Shown: positions 7,499-14,741, counted from the stretch's first letter. The stretch is DNA of 64,000 bases from a virus (IMGVR_UViG_3300045972_000112:3227-67226); one strand, 5' to 3'. Notes: generated by a model not told the origin, from the sequence alone. Numbers and translations are program-made.

Positions 7499-7573
7499 GT
7501 GACAGTAGTTCAGCGGTAGAACGCCCGACTGTGACTCGGGTCGTCGCGGGTTCAAATCCCGCCTGTCACCCCA
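7499..7573 (+). tRNA. tRNA-His(GTG), encoded CCA, no G-1
   Basis: CCCGA-CTGTGAC-TCGGG; C73-CCA; T at -1. Confidence 0.9.
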
Positions 7574-7644
7574 GGTCCTGTGGCTGAAAGGCTAGGCAGC
7601 GGGTTGCAACCCCGTCGATGTCGGTTCGATTCCGGCCAGGTCCT
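7574..7644 (+). tRNA. tRNA-Cys(GCA)
   Basis: GCGGG-TTGCAAC-CCCGT; U73. Confidence 0.88.
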
Positions 7645-7646
7645 CC

Positions 7647-7719
7647 CTCGGTGTAGTTCAATGGATGAACGAAGCGCTACGAACGCTTGCGTATGGGGGT
7701 TCGAGTCCCTTCACCGAGA
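7647..7719 (+). tRNA. tRNA-Arg(ACG)
   Basis: CTCGGTG/CACCGAG; AAGCG-CTACGAA-CGCTT. Confidence 0.9.
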
Positions 7720-7794
7720 CTGGGTACGTCCTCACCTCCCGGCGCTTCTGGGCCTGAACCCCAGCGAGTACCCAGTACGGGTTAACGAGGACAT

Positions 7795-7866
7795 GGGTTC
7801 CTGGCGTAAGCGGAAACGCACTGGTTTGAAGAACCAGGGTTGGAGGTTCGAGTCCTTCGGTTCCCA
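7795..7866 (+). tRNA. tRNA-Phe(GAA)
   Basis: CTGGT-TTGAAGA-ACCAG; two U-U mismatches in the acceptor stem. Confidence 0.8.
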
Positions 7867-7876
7867 CGCAAGATAG

Positions 7877-7949
7877 CGACGTGTGGCGCAATTGGCAGCG
7901 CAGATGGCCTACACCCATCCGGCTGGGGGTTCGAGTCCCTCCGCGTCGA
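7877..7949 (+). tRNA. tRNA-Val(TAC)
   Basis: GATGG-CCTACAC-CCATC (C at 33). Confidence 0.82.
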
Positions 7950-8101
7950 CTGCACCATCCACCCGCGCTCAGGTGAGCATGTAGCGCTAGGACTTCATCT
8001 GCCTAGCGGTGCGCGGGATGCACGGGCCCTGGCTGCGGGTGGCTAAGCCGGGGCCACACTTCCCAGTAAACTAGAGGCTGGACAAGCCCGGGAGATCAAC
8101 G

Positions 8102-8437
8102 ATGGCTCATAGCAACGCCCTCTACCAGCGCGACGTTCGACTCAAGTCGGTGGAGCGGGTGACTGTAGCCATCGCTGCGGTGGCGCTAGCGGCCACCTGC
8201 GCCCTAGTGGCTGGGATCGAGGCAAGCGCTCACCGAACGGTAGCCGCCCCGGTTCCTGGCCCGACCGTGTACGTCACAGAGACGGTAACGGTGACCCAAA
8301 CTCCAGTGCCTACCCCAAGCCCGCGTCATGCGATCAAGGCAGTAGCCGCGCCGAAGCCGTCACCAACACCGCACAAGGTGCTGTACACCCCAAAGACGAC
8401 CCCCAAGAAGCCGGTAGCGGCTAGCGGGGGCAGTTAA
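8102..8437 (+). CDS. secreted or membrane-anchored Pro/Thr-rich protein
   Basis: GGAG RBS; hydrophobic segment then PT/PK-rich linker. Confidence 0.65.
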   Translation: MAHSNALYQRDVRLKSVERVTVAIAAVALAATCALVAGIEASAHRTVAAPVPGPTVYVTETVTVTQTPVPTPSPRHAIKAVAAPKPSPTPHKVLYTPKTTPKKPVAASGGS

Positions 8438-8521
8438 TCCTCTGTCGCCTAACGGTATGGCACCTGGCTGTTAACCAGGCGTGGCGCAAGCCATGTACAG
8501 GTTCGAATCCTGTCGGAGGAG
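8438..8521 (+). tRNA. tRNA-Asn(GTT) with long variable arm
   Basis: TCCTCTG/CGGAGGA; CCTGG-CTGTTAA-CCAGG; V-arm CGTGGC-GCAA-GCCATG. Confidence 0.85.
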
Positions 8522-8533
8522 CGCAAGAACTAC

Positions 8534-8614
8534 GTGTCGGAGGCCCCAAGGTGGGGCTGGTGGCTGTAACCCACCCGCTTTCGAGCATGCTTGGTTCGAT
8601 TCCAAGTCGGCACA
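8534..8614 (+). tRNA. tRNA-Tyr(GTA)
   Basis: GGTGG-CTGTAAC-CCACC; V-arm GCT-TTCG-AGC. Confidence 0.88.
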
Positions 8615-8770
8615 CAACCTCTCAAACTGCCCGGTGATTCTGAGTCCGTGTTGGGGAATCGGGGCAAGTGGGAAGGCCAGGGTAGACCCGGCGTCCTTAT
8701 CTCTCGGGTGAGTCTGAGAAGGGGACGCTACGGACGAAACCGGGGATCCACGGACACCTCGGTCGTCTCA

Positions 8771-8842
8771 GCCGTGATAGTTCAACGGAAGAACGCCCGC
8801 CTCCTAAGCGGGTGGCTGGTGGTTCGAATCCACCTCATGGCA
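8771..8842 (+). tRNA. tRNA-Arg(CCT)
   Basis: CCCGC-CTCCTAA-GCGGG. Confidence 0.9.
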
Positions 8843-8943
8843 CGGGGTCTACGGCCACACTCCGACCCCTACTAAACGGTGTGGCGCTCTACCCTCCTCC
8901 TCCCGGCCACACTGGGCCCAAACTGTCGGGAGGGGGAGGTCCA

Positions 8944-9017
8944 GCCTCGCTAACTCAGTTGGTCAGAGTAGCGGACTCTTAATCCGCGAGTCGTTGGTTC
9001 GAATCCAACGCGGGGCA
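8944..9017 (+). tRNA. tRNA-Lys(CTT)
   Basis: GCGGA-CTCTTAA-TCCGC. Confidence 0.92.
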
Positions 9018-9029
9018 CGCAAGACCTAC

Positions 9030-9410
9030 GGGGTCGACAGGTTTCGACTTGTTGGAGACTCTTCTAGGAGCGACCGGACTTGGGCAGAGTCTTGAAACGG
9101 CCCGACGCAATACTCGGCAACATCGAGAAGGTCAACTTCCTCGGTGCAGTCCGTGACGCCAACCTCGTCACTGTCTGAACCTAGGTAACGGCCAAACCAG
9201 GGACCTAACAAGGCACCCGGGGTTCGGGTAGAACGACCTAGCAACAGAACCTACCCCCCACGCGCGAGGGCAGCGCGCTGACAGTGTCCGGAAAGACGGG
9301 CAGGACTGCTGGAGAGACAGATGAAACACGGACCTCGACGTCGAGGAATGGTCGTACGTCTTAGTCGTTAGTCAATACCAAGGACGGGGGTTCGATTCCC
9401 CCCGACTCCA
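9030..9410 (+). ncRNA. ssrA: tmRNA; tag ORF 9116-9178 GNIEKVNFLGAVRDANLVTV*
   Basis: 5' GGGGTCGACAGGTTTCGAC; 3' GACGGGGGTTCGATTCCCCCCGACTCCA; G3:U pair; ATACTC-G resume context. Confidence 0.9.
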
Positions 9411-9417
9411 AGAGCGC

Positions 9418-9903
9418 TTAGCCAGTAGCACTGAGCGTTGTTGGAGTCGCGTCAATGTCCCCGTACTTGGAAAGGATCTCGTTAGCCCAGGCAACCGCAT
9501 CCCTAGCGCGGATACCAGCGGGTTGCGGTCGAATCCATAGTTCTAGGTTCTCTAGGCGGTTGTCACCCTTTACGCCATTCATATGGTGAACGTTCTCTCC
9601 TTCTGAGAGAAACCTGCCTAGGTGATCCTCCATTACAAGTATGTGCTCGAAGACATATGGGCCTCCGCGAGGGTGCCCATCGATACGACGCATGACGTAC
9701 CCCTTCTTGTGTCGGGCGACACCGCCCTTCCAGTTCCCGTTTGCCGAGCCGGTGTAGTCGGTGCAGGCCCGACACTTCGGGGCTTCCTTAGCCTTTCTCT
9801 CTCCGCAGATGCACTCGTTGTACCTTACGGCGCGACAACGCGGGCAGTTGAGATGGCGGCTTGACGGGGAGAACTCTTCCTTGCATGATCTACAGGTACG
9901 CAT
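9418..9903 (-). CDS. HNH homing endonuclease
   Basis: N-terminal CxxC pairs; EHILVM...VHHMNGVKGDNRLENLELW. Confidence 0.9.
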   Translation of the reverse strand: MRTCRSCKEEFSPSSRHLNCPRCRAVRYNECICGERKAKEAPKCRACTDYTGSANGNWKGGVARHKKGYVMRRIDGHPRGGPYVFEHILVMEDHLGRFLSEGENVHHMNGVKGDNRLENLELWIRPQPAGIRARDAVAWANEILSKYGDIDATPTTLSATG

Positions 9904-9951
9904 GTGGAGAAGCGTATCGTAGAAGCAACAACTCTTGTCTTCTCCACGCAC

Positions 9952-10025
9952 TGCGGTGTGACTGGAGCGGTTCCAGCCCTGCCTCATAAGCAGAACAGAC
10001 GTCGGTTCGAATCCGACCACCGCTA
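9952..10025 (+). tRNA. tRNA-Met(CAT), initiator-like
   Basis: U1xU72 mismatch; loop CTCATAA. Confidence 0.82.
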
Positions 10026-10167
10026 CGCGTTCTTCCCGTGCTTTCCGGGCCACGTAGGCTTTGGTAAGCGTGAACCTCCGAACTAACCGGGTAAGGTTCG
10101 GACGCCAGAGAGCGGCCCGTCGGTGCCGTGAGTGTTCTCTCGTACGGCGAAGATCAGAAACCGACAT

Positions 10168-10251
10168 GGGAGGTCTAACATCGGTGGCGTGTCGCGGTCT
10201 TGAAAACCGTAGGTTGTAACAGACCTGGGGGTTCGAATCCCTCACCTCCCG
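10168..10251 (+). tRNA. tRNA-Ser(TGA)
   Basis: GCGGT-CTTGAAA-ACCGT; long V-arm; G73. Confidence 0.85.
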
Positions 10252-10300
10252 CGTACCCCCCATACTCGCCTCTGATTCAAGCGGTATGGGGGACAGATAC

Positions 10301-10384
10301 GGGCGGCGTCCGGCTGGACGAGGAGCACGATTGCTAGTCGTGTAGCAGGTAGAACTGCTGGGGGTTCGAGTCCCTCGCTGTCCG
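10301..10384 (+). tRNA. tRNA-Ser(GCT)
   Basis: CACGA-TTGCTAG-TCGTG; long V-arm; G73. Confidence 0.88.
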
Positions 10385-10423
10385 CGTTCTCACACCCTGT
10401 TCGGTCTCAGGGACACTTGTCTC

Positions 10424-10942
10424 ATGACAGAGACGCTTGAGGTCGGGGATCTGATCCTCCTTCATACGACCGACCCGTTTGCACGCGCGATTCAGGTCTT
10501 CACCCTGAGTCCGTACAACCATGTCGCGTGCTACATCGGTGAGGTCAAGGGAGTCCCGACGGCCATCGAGGCGCACCCCACGGGAATCACCGAGACCCCA
10601 GTATCCACCTGGGACCTCAGCGACCCGGCCAAGGCCCTCATCGTCAAGTTTCCGCTGACCGACGCGCAGCGCAAGAAGGCTGTCATATTCTGGTACACCC
10701 TGCTCGGGCTCAAGTACGGCTGGATCGACATCTTCGCGATGCTGTTCACCAGGCTTGGATTCAAGGCGAAGTGGCTTGTGAATCGCGCGAAGAGCGACAA
10801 GCGCTGGGTGTGCTCGCAGGTTGCGACCGGGGGATTCGCTGCGGCAGGATTCGAGATCCCGTTCGACCCAGCGCGGGAAGACTGGGCTGCCTCTCCGTCC
10901 GACATCGCGAACGCTTACCTTCTCTACAAGGCGGCGCTATGA
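10424..10942 (+). CDS. permuted papain-like NlpC/P60 (YiiX/YebB-type) amidase
   Basis: GDLIL, YNHVA, EAH, C-terminal VCSQV (His before Cys). Confidence 0.8.
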   Translation: MTETLEVGDLILLHTTDPFARAIQVFTLSPYNHVACYIGEVKGVPTAIEAHPTGITETPVSTWDLSDPAKALIVKFPLTDAQRKKAVIFWYTLLGLKYGWIDIFAMLFTRLGFKAKWLVNRAKSDKRWVCSQVATGGFAAAGFEIPFDPAREDWAASPSDIANAYLLYKAAL

Positions 10943-11082
10943 GCACCCTGAGCCCTGAGCAGTTCGGTGCGGTGGCCCCCGCTGCGAGCCAGACATGCCG
11001 TTGTGGGCACACCAAGGACACCCATAGCAGGCGCGTGTGCCAGGACGCGCACTGCGGCTGCGACCGATTCAAGTCCGCCTGA
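10939..11082 (+). CDS. small Cys/His zinc-finger protein
   Basis: CRCGHxxxxH...C...CGCDRF; ATGA overlap. Confidence 0.65.
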   Translation: MSTLSPEQFGAVAPAASQTCRCGHTKDTHSRRVCQDAHCGCDRFKSA

Positions 11083-11125
11083 CGGTAACTAGACAGGGAA
11101 GCGTTTCCCGGCTATCGTCACCCCT

Positions 11126-11254
11126 ATGACGCTTGACGAGTTCATCGAAGAGACGCTTCTTGGCTGGAAGCCGGAGCCGTGGCAGTTGCGGATCCTTCAT
11201 ACGGTCGCTTCTACCTCAGAATCACTCGAATTGAGTCAAAGGGCAGGGGCTTAA
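11126..11254 (+). CDS. small ORF overlapping the 3' end of the integrase, possibly truncated
   Basis: MTLDEFIEETLLGWKPEPWQLRILHT... Confidence 0.35.
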   Translation: MTLDEFIEETLLGWKPEPWQLRILHTVASTSESLELSQRAGA

Positions 11255-12551
11255 CCGCTCCGTAGCCCCCCTTTCCGATGGGAAGCACCAGGATCCGCTC
11301 GATCAGAGCCTCTGCGACGCTCCTACGGGACTCGAACGAACCTTCCAACCATACCTGGGCCAGTTCCGGGGACTCCTGACGCGTCAGAGCGCCCTGTTCG
11401 GCCCGTAGTGTCAGAAGTTTGTGCCGAATATCTGACATCAGTTCCAGTCCCTCGGCTCCCAGGGCCCCTGAGAGGACCTGCTCACGCGTCCTGGTGGCCA
11501 GATCCTCCAGCCTGGCGATCTCTGCGCCCAGATCGGGCCCTACGAGTTCCATGGAGGCCTCAGGAACGCGCTGGAGGGCCGCTAGGACGACCTGGTCCAC
11601 TGTGTCGTTGAGCCAGCGATAGTCCCTGGAGACCTTGTTGCAGCCCCCTCGACCGGCATCGCAGGCCCATCGGGCTCGATCCTTGGTCACCTGAGCCGCC
11701 ATCTTGGAGTCACAGAGCCCACAGACGACCAATCCGGCCAGAAGATGGACCTTCGGGGGCCTACCCCTCTTGGAGTACCCCCGGAGGACCTTCTGGAGGG
11801 CCCGGAAAGTGTCCTCGTCGATGAGTGGGACCATGTCTCCCCGACCTATCTCCTGGCCCTTGTAGGTCAGGATCCCGGCTGTGCGGGGGTTGGTGAGGAC
11901 CCTGCGGACCGCTGTGCGACTCGTGGGGGCTCCTATGTCTCTGCTACCCCAGTCGCGTAGTACGTCACCGACAGTGGCCCCGTCCAGGATCATCTGGGCA
12001 CCCTCTCGGACGGCCCGGGCCTGCGCCAGGTTGATCACCCGGTAGGAGCCGTCGTCCCACCCGAAGGCGGGATGTCCCCCCGAGGATGCCCCACCGTTCT
12101 CACGGCGCTGGGACAGTGCCCGCTCGACGCGCTCGGAGATCCGCTCGGCCTCCTGCTGCGCCACGGCTGCCTTGATATTGATGATCATGCGACCGCTGGC
12201 GGACTCGGTGTCGTCCCCCTCTGTGGTCATGAAGGGGATGGAACGCTCCTCGCGCCAGGACAGGAACTTGGCCATCTCGAAGACGCGCCTGGTGAGGCGG
12301 TCCATGTTGTAGACGATGATCCCGTCGAGACGTCCAGCCTCCGCGTCAGCCAGCAGACGGTCGTACTCGGGCCGGGGTGCCTTGGAGCGGGTCGAGGCGG
12401 AGACGTCGTTGTCGATGTAGGTCCCCGCGACGCCCCAGCCCTTGGACAGTGCCAGGGCCTGACAGTCCTCTATCTGGCGCTCGACGCCGAGGGCCTGACC
12501 AGTACGGTCCTTGGAGATCCGGGCGTAGATACCAGCCTGCTGTGGGGACAT
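11211..12551 (-). CDS. int: large serine recombinase (integrase)
   Basis: YARIS catalytic motif, DRLTR, recombinase domain, CGLC/C..GC zinc ribbon, coiled coil. Confidence 0.92.
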   Translation of the reverse strand: MSPQQAGIYARISKDRTGQALGVERQIEDCQALALSKGWGVAGTYIDNDVSASTRSKAPRPEYDRLLADAEAGRLDGIIVYNMDRLTRRVFEMAKFLSWREERSIPFMTTEGDDTESASGRMIINIKAAVAQQEAERISERVERALSQRRENGGASSGGHPAFGWDDGSYRVINLAQARAVREGAQMILDGATVGDVLRDWGSRDIGAPTSRTAVRRVLTNPRTAGILTYKGQEIGRGDMVPLIDEDTFRALQKVLRGYSKRGRPPKVHLLAGLVVCGLCDSKMAAQVTKDRARWACDAGRGGCNKVSRDYRWLNDTVDQVVLAALQRVPEASMELVGPDLGAEIARLEDLATRTREQVLSGALGAEGLELMSDIRHKLLTLRAEQGALTRQESPELAQVWLEGSFESRRSVAEALIERILVLPIGKGGYGAVKPLPFDSIRVILR

Positions 12552-12557
12552 ACCCGC

Positions 12558-12586
12558 AGGCTACGGCCTCATCAAATAGACCGCAA
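12558..12586 (-). promoter_or_regulatory. leaderless promoter of the integrase
   Basis: minus strand TTGCGG-17 nt-TAGCCT-6 nt-ATG; no RBS. Confidence 0.6.
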
Positions 12587-12605
12587 CGAAGGTAACGGTC
12601 TATTT
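12574..12605. repeat. inverted repeat, candidate attP
   Basis: AAATAGACCG-12 nt-CGGTCTATTT just upstream of int. Confidence 0.55.
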
Positions 12606-12861
12606 AGTAGGGGTATTCGGGCAGGTCAGGGGCCCCGAGGATCTTCCCTGTCCGCGCGAAGTGGATCCGGTCCTCGATGACGTCGTGGCCCATCCCCAGG
12701 AGGTCGAGGATCTCCCGGGCAGTGTCAAAGTCTGGGACGAGGACAGCCTCGCCGTGCCGGATCAGGTGCAGCGCCCTCTTGACAGTGGAGGGGCGCAGGT
12801 GGGATAGGGCAGGGCCCTCGCTCCCCACGAACAGTGTCGGGGTAACCCAGAAGGTCTTCAC
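12604..12861 (-). CDS. hypothetical protein
   Basis: GTGA overlap with the ParB-like gene stop. Confidence 0.65.
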   Translation of the reverse strand: MKTFWVTPTLFVGSEGPALSHLRPSTVKRALHLIRHGEAVLVPDFDTAREILDLLGMGHDVIEDRIHFARTGKILGAPDLPEYPY

Positions 12862-13310
12862 TTCCTCGGTGGTCCCCACGGTCCCTCCAACTGGATCGCA
12901 CGGAACTGCGACCCCTTGATGAGGGACGCGGTAGCCCGGTGGTGGCCGGACAGCAGCAGGTTGGTGCCGTCCTCTCGTGCGTACAGTACCGGCCTTCGGT
13001 TCCCCGCGTTGTTCTGATCGGCGTAGGTCGTTCCGGTCTCCTCGTAGTCGGGGTGCTCCAGGTAGTGCTGCACCGCCGAACGGGTGACGGAGGGCTGGGT
13101 CGCAGACAGTGTCTTGAGATCGACGTCCACCATCTGGTGACCCTGGGGATGAAGCAGCGCCGCGCGGACGACGTCCGGGTTGTAGTCCTGGCGGTCCCGG
13201 CGCTTGCCCGCCTGGGACCACGGAGCCGACGTGATGGGCGCTCCATCGGGGAAGAGCCGGTCAAGGCTTCCTGAGCCTGCTGCGCGCTCGCCGCGAGGTG
13301 TGAGTGACAT
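12858..13310 (-). CDS. ParB/Srx-like nuclease-domain protein
   Basis: LSATQPSV, PVL...LLLSGHHRATA. Confidence 0.75.
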   Translation of the reverse strand: MSLTPRGERAAGSGSLDRLFPDGAPITSAPWSQAGKRRDRQDYNPDVVRAALLHPQGHQMVDVDLKTLSATQPSVTRSAVQHYLEHPDYEETGTTYADQNNAGNRRPVLYAREDGTNLLLSGHHRATASLIKGSQFRAIQLEGPWGPPRK

Positions 13311-13397
13311 CGAATGCTCCGTATGACTAGACAGGGGTGTTGATACCCATGTTACGGTTTCCCAGAACCACCATCAAGAGTCGATTCGAGGAGCCGC

Positions 13398-14741
13398 ATG
13401 GCAACCCTGTCAGAGATCGCAGACGAATACCCCACCATCCGAGAGGTGCTCGAAGGACCACACCTTCATACCGAGGCCGTCACACGGCTTTCCGAACTTG
13501 GCGTCGAGACATCGGAGACGGCTGTCCGCCGATTCCGAGCCAAGATCAAGTGGGTTCGTCCTGAGCCAGAAGAGGACGAGACCCCCCTCAGGCCGACCGT
13601 TCGTGCCGACGAGGACCCCGATGGTCTGACCGTCTATCACGACAGTTGGCCCGTCCAGTTGGGTGAGGACTACGCCCCGCTGATCGAGTTCTTCGGCTAT
13701 GACCCCCAGCACTTCTACGTCGATGACAACGGCGTGAAGATGTCGAAGTGGCAGCAGTCCAAGGGGAACAAGAACGGCAGCCGCGACGTCATCTGGCTGT
13801 ACTCCTACAAGATCCGGCTCAAGCGGATCAAGGAGCCCATCACCGGGATCGAGGATCTCGACGAGGCCGTCAAGCGGATCAACAAGATCAAGCCGATCAA
13901 GCGAACGCTCGGGATCCCGATGGACCCGATCTTCTACGTCCACCAGCAGGGCGACGAGCAGATCGGTAAGAGCGAGGGCGGCGGGATCGCAGGCGTCACA
14001 AGGCGTATCGAGGACACGCTCCAGAGGACGTACGACAACCTCAAGGCAGAACTCAAGACGCACCCGAACATCGTGGGGATCCTGGACGTCGCCAACGGGG
14101 ACACGGTCGAGAACATCTTCGGCCACTACCCCAGCCAGCAGCGCACCACGGAGACGCTCCGCAAGCAGTTCCAGGCCGGTCGCAATCTCGACATCCAGCG
14201 AACCCGTGGCCTGGCCGAGTTTGGTCTTCCGATCACGAAGAAGTACGTGACCGACAACCACGGCGAGATGCGGCAGAGCATCGGGATGGCTCCCTTCACC
14301 TCGGAGTCGGACAACCTGGGGCTCATCCTCGCGGAGAGCGTGCGGGACGTCCTGACGGAGTCGAATCTCGCGGACCTGCTGACCTTCCTGATCCCGCACG
14401 ACGAGTGGTGGACCCTCCTTCCGGACGCGTTCGGTACGGGCCTCAACATCGCCACGGGTCACGGTCACAAGGCCAAGGGGACGACGGCGGCGTGGGTGAA
14501 GTCACAGCGCGACTACCTGCACTTCCACCACGGCTTCAAGGCTCACCTGGCCCTGCTCGGGCACAAGCACCACTTCTACCTGGAGGACATCTCCGGGACG
14601 ACGGTGATCCAGACCCCGAGCCTGGACGGTGGGTCCGACTACTTCACCGCTGGATACGGCAACACCTCCAAGAGCGGGGCAGTGGCCTACCTGGCTGGCC
14701 CGCAGTTCAACCAGTACTTCACGAACCTGGTGGTCCTATGA
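13398..14741 (+). CDS. calcineurin-like metallophosphoesterase / Mre11-like nuclease
   Basis: GDEQIG, GDTVEN, NHGE, GHGH, GHKHH. Confidence 0.8.
   Translation: MATLSEIADEYPTIREVLEGPHLHTEAVTRLSELGVETSETAVRRFRAKIKWVRPEPEEDETPLRPTVRADEDPDGLTVYHDSWPVQLGEDYAPLIEFFGYDPQHFYVDDNGVKMSKWQQSKGNKNGSRDVIWLYSYKIRLKRIKEPITGIEDLDEAVKRINKIKPIKRTLGIPMDPIFYVHQQGDEQIGKSEGGGIAGVTRRIEDTLQRTYDNLKAELKTHPNIVGILDVANGDTVENIFGHYPSQQRTTETLRKQFQAGRNLDIQRTRGLAEFGLPITKKYVTDNHGEMRQSIGMAPFTSESDNLGLILAESVRDVLTESNLADLLTFLIPHDEWWTLLPDAFGTGLNIATGHGHKAKGTTAAWVKSQRDYLHFHHGFKAHLALLGHKHHFYLEDISGTTVIQTPSLDGGSDYFTAGYGNTSKSGAVAYLAGPQFNQYFTNLVVL

Noticed and set aside
5282-8046. ORF-track ORFs across the tRNA region (other than 6576-6956)
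   Set aside because: They overlap clear tRNA cloverleaves and lack coding-like codon bias or RBS.
8630-8745. Hammerhead ribozyme suggested by CTGAGTCCGT...ACGGACGAAAC
   Set aside because: Core lacks CUGANGA and there is no room for stem I or a valid cleavage triplet.
8844-8885. Theta (HDV-like) ribozyme after a tRNA
   Set aside because: No P3/L3 or P1.1 elements fit between the P2 and P1 strands.
9904-10263. N-terminal extension of the HNH ORF to 281 aa
   Set aside because: It is antisense to tRNA-Met and tRNA-Ser; the real start is likely ATG at 9903.
13410-14468. Long antisense ORFs (also 21776-22840, 24484-25506, 28149-29585, 56127-57281)
   Set aside because: Shadow frames typical of high-GC coding DNA opposite well-supported genes.
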